Shown: in pieces, positions 1 to 12,590 of the stretch
Numbering within the stretch: the stretch's first letter is position 1
Layout of the letters: every line of letters starts with the position of its first letter
Origin: Cladosporium halotolerans
Lineage: Eukaryota
NCBI RefSeq assembly: GCF_011745625.1
Contig: NW_027191478.1
Location: forward strand, 124,001 to 188,000
Length of the DNA: 64,000 nt
Direction: 5' to 3'
Made by a program: the position numbers and the translations under genes
The notes under the pieces: generated by a model
Database searches by the model: none
Told to the model about the DNA's origin: nothing
Seen by the model: only the letters and a program-made list of their open reading frames with translations

Positions 1-357
1 GGGTTTGCCGTTGATGTGGATTGCGCCGGATTTCATAGCAGCTTCCTGACCGTGTTAGTCAGACGGTATGGTCTGGTTACATGAGCTTCGCGCGCAGCGA
101 CGTACATAGTACTCTTGCGGTCTGTCCCGAAACTCGTCCTTAAAGATTTCGAGGATCTCCCTGCCCCGCCATCGCTGCTTGCAGTTTGTGTTGTATGTGA
201 AGTGGTAAGGCGCTACTCTTCTGAGGCCGTCCTCTAGGTAGTACGGTCGCGGCCAAGGATCGCATGGTGTGGTGACGACTTCGGGAGGAGGTGCTGGTGT
301 GGGTGTAGGCTTGAGGTGACCAAGGATTGAGGACGACTCGACTGGGGCGGCACCCAT
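1..357 (-). CDS. RluA-family pseudouridine synthase (Rib2/Pus9-like), 5' part; runs off the window start
   Basis: N-terminus PYYLEDGLRRVAPYHFTYNTNCKQRWRGREILEIFKDEFRDRPQEYY. Intron 46-105 (GTACGT..CTAAC..CAG) joins it in frame to EAAMKSGAIHINGKP (S4-like segment). Confidence 0.85.
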
Positions 358-840
358 GCTTCTGTGTTGCGCGTGTCAGTGCTATCGCGTGATTTCAGTC
401 AGAGTACAGCATACCCAATATTCCGGCGGGCGAGAAACGCCGCGGCTCTGAGTGGAGAAGCCACGGAGGATAATGAGGCGGGAGATAAGTATGTGGTGTC
501 TATGCCGTCCCTATCCAGATGTTCCACGAATTGCCATACACGCTGCGTCAGAAGAAAAGTCTCGACCGAGGTCGCATAAACCTCGCTGGCGCCGCGCTAG
601 CCTCGAAGCTTTGCGCCTCGATCAGCGGGGGACAGGGCTGATTTGCAGGGGATCGCGTCATTCCCACGGCGATGCTCAAGCGCTTTCCGAAGTGTGCTTG
701 CGATTGTGCTTCTCATTTCGTCGTCTTTGCGATTTCGATCTGCGGAGACCAACAGTACATGCACATGCGTTCGTATTTACTGTGGTTGTCTTTTCATTCC
801 TACCTGCTTTAGGCAAGGGGGCTTGTGAGCGCTTCATCAG

Positions 841-2044
841 ATGGCGGCGGAATGGAGCTTCGATCCTGTCGCAGAGGGCGGACTGTATGGTGAGAACGGC
901 GTTGGCGAGCACTGGTAAGTCACTGGAGAAGTGAAATATGTATCAAAGCCTCCCCAAGGCTGACGCGTGACCAGGTCGTCGGACACTTGGGACGAACCTC
1001 CTCCAGCGTACCCTCCCACTCAAAGAAGCCAGTCACTACACTCTTCACATGCGCCGCCTCGGCATGTGAACAACGACAATCTGCTCGCTCGACCAGCTTT
1101 CGCGACTAGCCACAACCGACCCTTACACACCCCACACGCAACCGAAGCACGCTCCGTACATCGTTGGAGCAGCAACCACGACCTTGCATCAATCCTGTGG
1201 CCCTTACACGATCAAGACTTGCCGCCTGCAAATCAACATCCAGACCACGACCCCAGGTTCAGGCAACGACCTTCTCAAGACTCCGGCAACACTGAGAGCG
1301 TAGATCCCGCCAACCTTCAACAACCACAAGCCGCAAATTCAGCCGGCGATCAGTCGCGAGAGCAGCACGCCACCAGCAGCTCCCAGGTGCTCGACTCAGA
1401 CACCGACGACGAAGGCCCGATGGCTCCCTCGCGCCGGCGCCAGCCCCGCAACTCCAACGGCAACGATCTCGTAGACCTCACGCAATCGCCCAACATGCCA
1501 TCGGCCAGCGCCCTGGAGCAGTCGCGCACAAGGAAGCGCAGCTCAGACAGCTCGGGAGTGAATGACGCCTCTGCAAACAAGCGCACAAAGCGCGCCCCTG
1601 GATCAACAGAGGGGTATAAAGAGGAGGAAGTACAAGAAGAGGCGCCATCGGCCGAAGAAGAGCTCCTGCAAGCACAGCAGCGCGACGCCCTCAAGCTACA
1701 AGAAGAGAACAAGGATGAGGGCGGGACGAGGATCGGGAAGCGGACCTGCATAATATGCTTGGAGAACTATACCAACGCGACTACCTCCTCATGCGGTGAG
1801 TTGCTACGCTTCGTGGGTTGTCGCAAGAGATATCGCTAACGCGTAACAAATAGGCCACATCTTCTGTCACGAGTGCCTCACCCGTGCTCTGATGGCGTCG
1901 GAGAAGAATAACGACCGCGGAGTTGGCAATTGCCCTGCTTGCAGAAAGGCCCTCAGCCGTAAGAAGGCCAACCAGGTCATACCGATCAACTTCATGAAGA
2001 AGAGTGCGTTCAAGAGCAAAGGTCGGCAACCGCACACCCGATAA
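841..2044 (+). CDS. C3HC4 RING-finger protein, probable SUMO-targeted E3 ligase (Slx8/Rfp-like)
   Basis: Exons 841-914, 975-1795 and 1854-2044 splice in frame. C-terminal RING CIICLE..SCGHIFCHECL..CPAC; SIM-like LVDLT and VLDSD in a disordered N-terminus. Confidence 0.8.
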
Positions 2045-2624
2045 GCGTGGTTTCACTCGCATTCTGCGGTCAGCGGGATGGTAAGGTATGGAGTTCGAGG
2101 AGTCACGGATACGGGATAGCGACAGCTTATAGATACCCAGCGGTTGGTTTTACTATGCGTATGATAATGAACACTTTCTCGACTTTACTTGCAAACAGTG
2201 CAACACACAATTTTACCTTCTTGTCAGCTTACAAATCGTGGGTCGCGTGTCACGGAGGATGTGTGGCGTCACTTGCAGGCTTCAGCGATGCATGTAAAAC
2301 CAGGGTTCGCCAACTGGCGCAGAGAGACATGCGGAACGCGTGGGTGGGCGCCGTCGATGTCAGCGATCGCCTTCTCACAACGCCAAACGCCATGCGACCC
2401 CGTCGTGGCCGCAGTAATCAGGGTCGAGAGGCGCACCGAGGGCGTGGGTTCGGCCGAGATTGGCGCAACCGCAACCGCAGCTTCCGAATGAACTTTAAAT
2501 TACTTCCCTCCGTGCATCCACCCACCTGTCAGTCGGTAGTACGCCGGGTGTTTTCCTGGACTCCCCTCCTTTTCACTTTTGTCTCTTCGACAATCACGGC
2601 AGACACGCACCCGTATTGGCGATC

Positions 2625-4172
2625 ATGGCTCCCCCAAAGACTGAGGCATTCCCTCCCATCTCCGCGAATCCTTCCAAAAGTCTCACATCGCAAAACGGCA
2701 GCGCGCAACCTCAGGGGATGGTGGGACGGAGAAGGAAGAGCTCGGGCTTGGGCAGTGACCCTAGAGGGGACACAGGCGTGGGCGGGTTGGCCACACGGCA
2801 AGAAGAGATGAACGCGGCCAGCGGTGTATGTTGATCCGTAGTATACCTTATGCGCTCGCAAGCAGCACTGTAGGCTGACACCAACATGTTCCGCAGAAAC
2901 GCTCGAAGCGGCGCAAAGCGAAAAGCCTCGTCAAGCGTTTGAAGCGCGTTTCTCTGAAGCATACATGGCTCATACCCTTGATACTGCTCCTTGTTCTGCT
3001 CGCCGCTTATTACATTTCCCCTGGCGAACACAACCCTCTACACCCGGCCCTGCACCTCTCCTACGCCAACCCGGCCCTCCATGAGCGCACCAACACTCTC
3101 CCCGCACATATCGGTAACCCGACCCAGTATGGCAAGGGCAAGAAGGACTTCGCCTTTGTCGCCTTCTATACCATCGTCTTCACGTTCACGCGCGAGTTCT
3201 GCATGCAGCGCCTGATCCTTCCCCTCGCGATCCGCGCCGGCATCAAGAACCGCGGCAAGCAGGCCCGCTTCATGGAGCAGGCCTACACGGCCATGTACTT
3301 TGCGGTCTTCGGCCCCTTCGGTCTGTGGGTCATGTCGCGCACGCCGGTCTGGTACTTCAACACGACGGGCATGTACGAGGGCTTCCCGCACCGCGCGCAC
3401 GAGTCGTACTTCAAGACCTACTACCTGCTGCAGGCGGCGTACTGGGCGCAACAGGCGATCGTGCTGATGCTGCAGCTGGAGAAGCCGCGCAAAGACTTCA
3501 AGGAGCTTGTGCTGCACCACATCATCACGCTCGCGCTCATCGGGCTCAGCTACCGCTTCCACTTCACCTACATGGGTATCGCGGTGTACATCACGCATGA
3601 CATAAGCGACTTCTTCTTGGCCGTAAGTTCGAGCGTGAAGACAAGGCATATCCTCACAATGAACTAATGAAAATCAACAGACCTCGAAAATCCTCAACTA
3701 CCTCGACTCCTCCCTGACAATCCCCTACTTCATCACCTTCATCGGCGTCTGGTCCTACATGCGCCACTTCATCAACCTCAAGATCCTGTACTCCATGCTA
3801 CCCAACGGCGAATTCGCGACCGTCGGCTCCTACGTCCTCAACTGGGACACGCAGCAGTACAAGTGCTGGATCTCGCAGTCGATCACATTCGCGCTGCTGG
3901 CGCTGCTGCAGATGGTCAATATCTTCTGGATCTTCCTGATCCTGCGCATCCTGTATCGGGCGCTGTTCAGCGGCGTGCAGAAGGACGAGAGGAGCGATGA
4001 CGAGGAGGACGAAGAGGAGGAGGTCGAGGAGAAGACGGAGGGAAATGCGAACGGGCAGCCGAAGCCGAGCTTGATGCTTAACGGGCAGCCGGTGAGTCCC
4101 GTCGATGCGCAGGCGCCGTTTACGAGGGTGGATGTGCAAGGGAAGGAGGATGTTGTTAGGAGGAAGAGGTAG
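2625..4172 (+). CDS. LAG1: Ceramide synthase (sphingosine N-acyltransferase, TLC domain)
   Basis: Exons 2625-2825, 2897-3622 and 3681-4172. Lag1 motif RKDFKELVLHHIITLALI..HDISDFFLA|TSKILNY; acidic tail DERSDDEEDEE. Confidence 0.93.
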
Positions 4173-4271
4173 ATGGTTTACTGAGAGATGTCGATGTTGG
4201 GGGAAATATGTCTTATTAATTATTGCGGATTTCGCTTCTGGTCGACTTCCGACTTGATGTCTGGAGTATGC

Positions 4272-4298
4272 TGGTTGGTTGGTTGGTTGGTTGGTTGG
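4272..4298. repeat. (TGGT)n tetranucleotide microsatellite, about 6.5 units, downstream of LAG1
   Basis: tggttggttggttggttggttggttgg read directly. Confidence 0.9.
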
Positions 4299-5802
4299 AA
4301 TAGCATGGATCGGATCGGAGGAAAGGTTCAACCAAGGACTGGATCGGTCAAGTGTCGATGCGGTCAAGCGGCTGGAGGTTTGGTCGTAGAGAATCATTCT
4401 TTACGCAGGCAGCATTTGGCGACTGGGGAAGAACGCAGAGGTATCGGAAGATTGCATGACCAGCGCAGGCGGTCTAATTATGATTGCAGAACGCCTTCAC
4501 GTTCGAATCGAGTCAGAATCCTCAAATTTTCAAGAATGGATCAATCGATGCTAAGCGAGCAGATCGAACCATACGCGACACTTCTCGGCAGCGTTGCAAT
4601 TTCGCGTGCCGTGAAGTAGGATCGTGTACCGTGAAGAGCTCCACGCAGCCCTAGCACAAATGCCGAGCCCCAAGCTCCTTGAGCCGCCGCACCAAATGTC
4701 GCAAGAAGGATGAAACGCACCGGCCGCGAAACCCTCGATTCCTTAAAGATAGTATACCGGAAACCCTAGGGTCGTTGGTGTGACGCGGGTCAAGAGTTAG
4801 GCGCTGCTAGCGTTCTTTAGAACGTTCGTGGGAATCGTGTTAGACTCGTTCGGTTTGGACCATGACGTTACACATATACCGGGAGACTCGGGAACAAGTA
4901 GCCTCTTCACCATTGTCTGGTGGTTAGGATAAAAGTACCTAGATTTCTGATTCTGGCTGACTGGATACCAACCAAATGAGGGGCGGCGGTTCTATTGGTC
5001 GACCGCGTCGTTCTTAGAGCTGGTACCGACCGGCACCGGACGATGACGCGCTTCGATCGCGGGGATGATTTGTTCTCGAGGGCTACTATCATCGCCATGG
5101 AGAGCGTTGTTGGGGCCTCGTTCTTCGAGTAGTCGTCTATGCCACGCTGAACGGCTGCTTGCGCACCCGATCGTGCGGTGCTATTTTACGCTACGTTTTG
5201 ACGAGGCTCGAACATGATGGAATCTATGTGGCTCCTTACGACGTTGAGTATGTCGACCAATCTGCAAGGACTCATGGAGCAGACTACCTCTCTCACAGAA
5301 TCCTAACGATAGACATTACGGAAGCGGCTCTGAACTCTACCGCGCGCATACGGACGGGCCGAGCCTTGCGAAACAGACTTCGGTTGCTAGGGGCTGGCAC
5401 GCGACTGGAGTGAGTTTCACGCCAGCGGGCGCCAGGGTCCCGTCGTCTCCTTGCGCCGATCACACACCGCCGGTGGCTTGCTTGCGCCGGAGGTGTGAGC
5501 TCGCCTGCCGCTCCGGCAAGGGCTGCTGTTCTTCATGCTTGCTTTGCCTTCGCTCGTTTGCTTGCCGGCAGCCTACTTTACTCCTGCTGTGCTGTATGCG
5601 TTGTCGAAGTCGCGGGCTGCTGGAATTGCTGGATCCGTGAGCTGGAGCTGATAGTCGGTGTACGTACGGTGCTCACTATCGCTTGCGATACCTCTGGAAG
5701 TCTGCGGGACTGTATGCGACACGATCACACGAGACACTACGTCTTGCGGAAGACTCATCATATGCGATCGTGCGAAGGACGACCGCCACCACATACTCCA
5801 TC

Positions 5803-6560
5803 ATGGACTCGAACAACTGGGAAGAGCGCGGCGAGGCGCGCAAACCACACGATTCAGCCCTCAGCGTCGGCACGAACAACACAGACGACACGGCCAAAGT
5901 GCGCGAGCTGGAAGAGGAGCTGCACAACATGACCGAGAAGGTCGCCAGCGCTTGTACGTCTCACTATGAACATGCTTCAAAAATCCCCTAGCTAACCAGG
6001 CAACCCGCAACAAAGCCCAACGCTTCGCCGACTATGAAAACGACATCCGCGTCCTGAACGCACAACTCCGCCACGAGCGCAAACGCAACGACTCGCTCGA
6101 CAGCACAGCGACGACCGAGAGCGCCAAAGCCGCCGCCGCCGGCAACGGCACAGGGGGCGTCGGGCTCGCTCGCTTCGGCAGCTTCATCATGCACTCGCGC
6201 AAGCCGTCTGCGATGGCACCGACGGCGCCCATGTCACGCGAGCGCGAGCTCGAATCGCAGCTGGCGCAGTCGCAGGCGCGGCGGTTGGCGGCCGAGAGCA
6301 AAGTCGAGCAGATGAGCTCGGAGATCGAGGAGTTGACGGGGTCGCTGTTCTCGCAGGCGAACGAGATGGTGGCGGAGGAGAGGAGGGAGGTTGCGAGATT
6401 GAGGGAAAGAATACGGTTTTTGGAGACGAGGGATGCGAAGTTTGCCATGAAGGTGCAGAGGGTTGAGGAGAGGGAGAGGGAAAGGAATCGCAGGTTGGAG
6501 AGGTTAGAGAGGGCTATGGGGAGGATTGAGAGGGTGAAGGGGTTGTTGGGGAAGGGCTGA
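5803..6560 (+). CDS. Small coiled-coil protein with a Sec2-type Rab GEF domain
   Basis: Exons 5803-5953 and 6016-6560 (GTACGT..GCTAAC..AAG intron). Sec2p-like motif EIEELTGSLFSQANEMVAEERRE. Confidence 0.75.
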
Positions 6561-7705
6561 GGGTCGCGAAGGACGAGGATCCCTTCGGATGGAATATTGG
6601 TGCGATGGTCTGGACTCATTGACAACGCGACAACCCTCTGGATTGCGAACCATTGTGCTGGGCACGGGGGTTCGGACCGCATGCGAACAGTGCAAAGAGA
6701 AGAGCATGGAGAGCTGCATCTTGCATTGACTGTGGAACATGGATCTTGCGGATACGAGCGCTGCTCCAGGTTGGTGAACGGAAACTTGACGCCTTCGGCG
6801 AGCGCCTTGAGAGCGCGAGAAGCACGCGCGATGTCGATACGGAAGGTCGGCAGTACCGCGCGACGTGCTGTTGCTGGACAGCCTCATTCCATCAACATGC
6901 TGGCGAAGTGCCATGTGAAAGACCAAGCTTCACAATGCAGCAAGCAAGTCGTACCGCGGATTCGGCATCAACTTGCACCAAGCTGTGCGTGCAACAAACA
7001 GGGCAGGCGGACGCTCAGGCCACAGACGTGGCTGACTTGACGGAGAGACTGGACGCCTTATCGAGCCAATGAAGCAACGATCGCAGGATGGCCAAACGCA
7101 TTCAGCCGGGCACAGGTTGCCATCGATGTCATCGCAAGCAGGCCTGATTGCATATCGGGTGAGGTCTCGAAAGTGCATTGATTGCTTGCCGAGCGCAGGC
7201 CAAGTAAGGTAGCGTCACAAGGCCGCCAAGGCAGGCGAAGCAAGGGCTTGCCAGCCATCTTACGTCGTCAGCGTTCGCCGGGTGTGCTGTCGCGTGCGCT
7301 GATGGAGTTGATAATCGGGTTCCTGCGACTGGAAAGGAGGAGTCTAATGATATTGACATGGTTTGGCATTGGAAGCATTAAATTTGGTAATAGTAATAAT
7401 CTATCGTACATTCGCATCAGCAGCAGTCGCAAAGCGCATGGATGTTCATCACGCGATGGCCATGAGGTGCACTCGCGTGGTGGGGCAGCTTGCTGCGGCT
7501 CTGTGGAGACTCGAACGTCCTTCACGACGTCATCTCACTTCCACCTTGTTTGGAGTCGACACATAGGGTCTGCCCTCTACATCCTTCAAAACCTCGACCC
7601 ACCTCATATCTGAAGATATCCTTTCACCCATTCTTTCCATACCATACATCCTCAGCTTTTTTGACAAGACACCCAATCAATAAATATACCCAATCGAACG
7701 CAGTA

Positions 7706-8941
7706 ATGGAAGCTATCAAGAATGCCATTGGTCTGGGCACGACCGCCGACCAGCAAGGTCGTGAACCTGTCAGCGGTGTAACTGGCAGCGGAACAGCAGG
7801 CGAGCCTTACGATCAGGGCAATGCCGAGGGTACGTTCGCTTTTCTGCCTAGAGCTGCCTGTATGAGACGATCAAACGCTAACGAATGGCTTAGAGCCCAG
7901 CGTAGGCGGAAAGGCACCTCAGCAGACTGGTGAGTTTGATCACGGCTGTTTGAGTGTGAAAGTAAGAACCAGCTAACAACTCATTCAGACCCTGCAAACG
8001 ACTACTCTACCACTCCGAACGTCGCTTCCACCACCAACACGACTACCAGTGGTAAGTCTACCAGCACACCGGCCGAGCTCTCCAGCGCCGGCACCACCAC
8101 TGGTACCAGCACCACCACCACCACCACCACCGAGCCCCAGCAGTCGAACTCGACCGCAGACGCTCCACCCCAGCAAGGCGGCATTGGTTCCAACTCATGG
8201 TTCAGCACCGCCATCCCCTTCATCGGCGGCAAGAGCAACAATGCCGCAACATCCAACACCGACACCTCCACCACCAACCAAACCACCTCAGAGCAACAAC
8301 CCACCGCAACCTCTGACGAAGCCCCGACCCTCTCCCACGCAGCCTCCCACCCGCCCAACCACCTCCCAACCAACGTCCCCAAAGGCCACAGCACTGACCT
8401 GGCCCCCACAGACCCCTCCCTGACAACAGCAACCAGCAGCCCCTCCAGCGATCCCATGCACGCGACGCAGCCCATCCCGAACGCCAGCGCCGGCACCGGC
8501 GCGCCCTCGCACTCGCTGCCGCCCAGCAAAGCCTCCATCGCGCCCGTCGACAAGCCAGACCACAGCAACGCGCCGCTCAAACCGGCCGCCAAAGGCAGCG
8601 AGCACAGCGGCATCAACCCGGACGCGATCCCGCTGGCGGGCGGCAAGAAGATCGGCGAAGACGCGTACGAGGAGCGCAAGAGCTTCTCGGCCGAGGGGGC
8701 CGCGGCTGGCGTGGGCGCCGGTGGACTGGGCGGCGAGACGGGCGCGAACACGGCGCGGAACGTGGGCACTGCTGGCGGGTTGGGGAGCACGGCTGGGCTG
8801 GAGAAGGAGAAGGAGAGGGAGAGTGTGGATTCGGGCGCGGGCGCGTCGACGGCGTCGCCGTCGGAGTCGACGTCGTCGTCTGGGCACAAGAAGAAGCATA
8901 GTCTGGTTGAGAAGATTAAGGAGAAGGTTCACAAGCACTGA
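7706..8941 (+). CDS. Low-complexity Thr/Ser/Gly-rich hydrophilic protein, probably stress-related
   Basis: Exons 7706-7829, 7894-7929 and 7989-8941 are in frame. N-terminal EPVSGVTGSGTAGEPYDQGN motif; poly-Thr run; C-terminus HKKKHSLVEKIKEKVHKH. Confidence 0.75.
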
Positions 8942-9487
8942 GATAGGGGAGAACTGGAGTGAGGATAGTCGGCGATTGCGGGATGTTTTGTTTGGAGACG
9001 GCACACCGAAGGAGTAACGATAGGACGATTTGATACCTTACTTTGTTATTCACTGAATGTTTCACCGTTTGCTCAAATTGCGATACTCATGCACATATAT
9101 CTTTATGCTCGTGACGTGAATGCATGTATCTACTGCTCTTCCACTCATCTTTCGCTTTTGAATGTCCATTCAATCAATGGAACTCCTCGCTTTTTGTCGA
9201 CCGAAGAAATGCAGTTGCGAGTAAAAGAAAAAAAGCGATCCCCTTTTATATGCCAGCAGCTAGCGCGTTGATCTTTCCCATCGTATGCTTGAGCCCAAAG
9301 CGGAACTAGAACTCCATCGGGCTTCTCGTGGTGCTCTGCAAGTATTCCCTCTTTCCGCGAGTGGCGCCATGGTCGCCGTCCGCTTTTCACACGACCATGC
9401 CGCGAGAGATAATCCAGAGCCTCATCAAGAGCCGCAGAGCATCTTACCTTTATCCCCCCATCCTACCAGCGTTGTTTCCAACCTCGT

Positions 9488-10693
9488 TTACGCACCCTCC
9501 TGCTTCTCAATAATCTCCCTGTTCAGCGTAATCTCCTCCAGAATCTTATCCGCGCCCTTCGCAACCAGCATCCTCGCAACCTCAATGCCAAACTCCTCGG
9601 CGTCCTCCCTCGACGCAATCCGCCTCTGCACGCTCACCTCCGCCGCCTTCTGCCCGTCCAGACTGACCACGATCGCCCGCACGTCCAGCTCGTCCGTCAG
9701 CCCATCGCTGACGTCGTCGCGCGCCGCCGCGTTCGTCGAAGTCGTCATGCCCATCTGCGAGCCCGTCGGCTCCTGCGCCACACCCGTAAGGTGGTGGTAC
9801 TCTTCCGCGGGCTTGACGCCGACGCCGACGCCCGTGCCTGCGTTGCTCGTCAGCGAGGTCTTCTTCGACAGCCAGGAGGTCTCGACGCCGATCGGCACGC
9901 TGCAGCCGCCCTCGAGGGTGCGCAGGACGCCGCGCTCGACGAGGGCGGCGCGCATCGTGCGCTCGCAGACGATGGGCGCGAGGAGCTTCTTGGTCCGCTC
10001 GTCGGCGGACTTGATCTCGACGCCTAGTGCTCCTTGGCCGACGGCGTGCAGCATGCCGCCGTTGTCTTTGCTGAGGTAGGAGGTGATGCGGTCGGTCAGG
10101 CCGAGGCGCTCGAGGCCCGCGACGGCGATGACGATGGCGCTGTACTCGCTGTCGGGGTCGTCGAGCTTGGCCAGGCGGGTGCCGATGTTGCCGCGGACGT
10201 CGGCGAAGGCGAGGTGCGGGAAGTGGCGCTTGAGCTGGGCGACGCGGCGGAGGGAGCTGGTGCCGACGACGGCGCCGGAGGGGAGGTCGGCGAGAGTGCG
10301 GATGGAGGCGGCGAGGGTGGGTTTGACGACGAGGGCGTCGCGAGGGTCGTTGCGCGCGGTCACAGCCCCGAGTGAGCAGTCGGCGGGGAGCTGCGTGGGC
10401 ATGTCCTTGAGCGAGTGGACGATGAAGTCGAGCTCGCCGGCCTGGAGCTTGAGTTCCAGCTCGGCGGTCCAGAGCGATTTCTCGTTGAATTTGTACAGGG
10501 CGGTTTTGAGGTCGTTGTCGGCCGTCGTGGCCATGGCGTGGATCTCAAAGTTGTGTGTGGGCCAGTGCTTTTTCAGTTGGCTGACGATCTGGTCGGTTTG
10601 CACGCGGGCGAGGAGGGAGCGGCGGGTGCCAACGTGGAAGGTCTCGGTGGTGGTAGAGGCATCGTTGGAGGTGTCCATGGCGGCGGAGGCCAT
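9488..10693 (-). CDS. HEM3: Porphobilinogen deaminase (hydroxymethylbilane synthase)
   Basis: GTRRSLLARVQT, VHSLKDMPT, GTSSLRRVAQL, RGNIGTRLAKLD, AVGQGALG, and the cofactor Cys in LEGGCSVPIG. Intronless. Confidence 0.97.
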   Translation of the reverse strand: MASAAMDTSNDASTTTETFHVGTRRSLLARVQTDQIVSQLKKHWPTHNFEIHAMATTADNDLKTALYKFNEKSLWTAELELKLQAGELDFIVHSLKDMPTQLPADCSLGAVTARNDPRDALVVKPTLAASIRTLADLPSGAVVGTSSLRRVAQLKRHFPHLAFADVRGNIGTRLAKLDDPDSEYSAIVIAVAGLERLGLTDRITSYLSKDNGGMLHAVGQGALGVEIKSADERTKKLLAPIVCERTMRAALVERGVLRTLEGGCSVPIGVETSWLSKKTSLTSNAGTGVGVGVKPAEEYHHLTGVAQEPTGSQMGMTTSTNAAARDDVSDGLTDELDVRAIVVSLDGQKAAEVSVQRRIASREDAEEFGIEVARMLVAKGADKILEEITLNREIIEKQEGA

Positions 10694-11482
10694 GATTGCG
10701 GCGTGCGTGGTGGGAGGTTCGGTGCTAGGTGGAGGTGAAGAAACGAGTTGGAGCGACGGACGGTGGCGTGGATGTCAATGCGGATGTGGATGAGATAAGA
10801 TTCAGCGACGTTGGCGGGGTGGATGGAGGGGCTGTTTCTCGCATTCCGTTCCGTGGGCTTGAGCTCAAGATTTCGCCAGGTGCCGGCCGGAGCAGGGCCC
10901 GGCGGCGGCTGCCAAACGTCATGCCCGCCGCCCGTTTCTCGTGCCCTGAATGCCCTGTGATTTGATTAGATCGCCATCAACTTGCCTCCCCTCCTGCGGA
11001 AAAACACCCCGGTTGCAGCATGCGCCGTCTGATCCCACTCAAGCGGCGCGAGATGGGTCCAGCAGCAGCGGCCTCTGGCATTTCATCTCGCTGCCAAAGC
11101 TGAAACAAGGCGCTAGGAGAACGGCTTGCTCGGCCAGCCACATGGCATCGTCTGCAGGGATCCTCTCCATGTCTCGCTTGATGCGACCTGCGCCCGGCTT
11201 CCTACCTACCTGGACTCCAGTATCCGTATCAGCAAACACTGTCTTACACCCTGTGATCGAACGTGCTCGCACCCGGCCCTCTGAATTTTCATTGTTCACT
11301 AGAGACTGCCTTAGACGGCCTTTGTTGGCCAGCGAGCCTGGAACCTAACCTCAAACAAAGATCCGCAACACTCCAGAGCATACCACGCAGAAGCAAACAT
11401 ACACCCACGATATAACCTCTCACTTGACCACCCGCAAACTCACCACTCTCCCAAGGCACATCCACAACACCAGACTACCAAA

Positions 11483-12238
11483 ATGGCCGCCCCTCCAAAC
11501 CTCACCTTCTCCCCCTCCGCCGACCTCGCCACCGTCTCCCCAGCCCGCGGCGCCGAAATGCGCAACTTCCTCCAAGCCCGCCTGCAAAAGAACCGCGCGC
11601 CACCCCTAGTCCACAGCTGGGACTTCTGGCACGACCGGCAAGACCGGTCGCCGTCTTCGAACCCGACCTCACCCTCCTCACCCTCGACCGCAGGCGCCTA
11701 CGAAGACCGGCTCGTGCGCCTGGCCGAGGTCAACGACATCCGCGCCTTCTGGTCCGTCTTCAACAACTTCGACACGCTGCAGCTGCCGCTGCGCGACAGC
11801 GTGCACCTCTTCAAGCGCGGCGTCAAGCCGATCTGGGAGGACCCGCGCAACGCGACGGGCGGCGCCTGGACGTTCCGCGTGCCGAAGGCGCTCGCGCCCG
11901 ACTTCTGGCGCGAGGTCTGCATGCTGGCCGTGGGCGAGCAGCTGCAAGCGGCCGTTGAGGAGGCCGGGCGCGAGACGTTCCGGGACGATATTTGTGGTGT
12001 CAGTTTGGGCGTGCGGTTTGGCAGTATGCTTGTGCAGGTGTGGAATCGCGATGGTGCGCACGAGGAGGGTGTGAGAAGGATTCTGGAGACGATTCTGGGC
12101 GGGCTGACGGAGGGACTGCAGCCGAGGGAGGGCAGCTATTATTATAAGAAGCATAGCGAGCATGCGGCTTTTGCTGGGAATGGCGAGGCGGAGGCGCAGA
12201 GGCAGGGTGGTGAGGCCGGCGTCGAGGGCGTGCATTGA
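11483..12238 (+). CDS. eIF4E-family cap-binding protein (non-canonical paralog)
   Basis: HSWDFWHD, FWSVFNN, HLFKRGVKPIWEDPRNATGGAW, DDICGVSLGVR..VQVWN, YYKKH. Confidence 0.9.
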   Translation: MAAPPNLTFSPSADLATVSPARGAEMRNFLQARLQKNRAPPLVHSWDFWHDRQDRSPSSNPTSPSSPSTAGAYEDRLVRLAEVNDIRAFWSVFNNFDTLQLPLRDSVHLFKRGVKPIWEDPRNATGGAWTFRVPKALAPDFWREVCMLAVGEQLQAAVEEAGRETFRDDICGVSLGVRFGSMLVQVWNRDGAHEEGVRRILETILGGLTEGLQPREGSYYYKKHSEHAAFAGNGEAEAQRQGGEAGVEGVH

Positions 12239-12590
12239 GGTGTGAAGCTAGGAACGTTGAATCATTTCTGAGGATGATAGGCGATTTGGGTTGATCTGAG
12301 CGAATCTTGAGGTCATTTGCTACCACGGTCTATGACAGGCGCCAGACGTCCTTGCTGCAAGTTGATTACAACGTGTCGCGGCCATGGCAGAGTGCGCAGG
12401 AACAGCAGCACTGAGACACTGGGTAGCGAGTTCTGCCTGACAAGAACTGATGAGGTTCGACCAGCTCCTAAAACGGCATCTACAACATTTTCCAAAAATG
12501 CATGAAACTCAAGATACTCTGCTTGGTACACTTTTTTTTTTCATCATTCTCAAGAGCAGATCTCCTTCTCATGAGGCCACTCTCACACGC

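Noticed and set aside
4445..4525. tRNA-like GTTCGAATC (also at ~30791)
   Set aside because: The T-stem and acceptor stem do not pair and no cloverleaf can be drawn.
4631..4910. 8-bp inverted ends GTGAAGAG..CTCTTCAC suggesting a MITE or structured RNA
   Set aside because: The match is short, there is no target-site duplication, no second copy in the window and no recognisable ncRNA boxes.
6597..7072. Overlapping ORFs of 139-147 aa downstream of the Sec2-like gene
   Set aside because: No recognisable domain or convincing start; cannot be told apart from chance ORFs in GC-rich DNA.
8002..10793. Long antisense and alternate-frame ORFs over GC-rich genes (also seen over LAG1, ELP2 and PPIL2)
   Set aside because: These are shadows of high-GC codon usage in the real genes.
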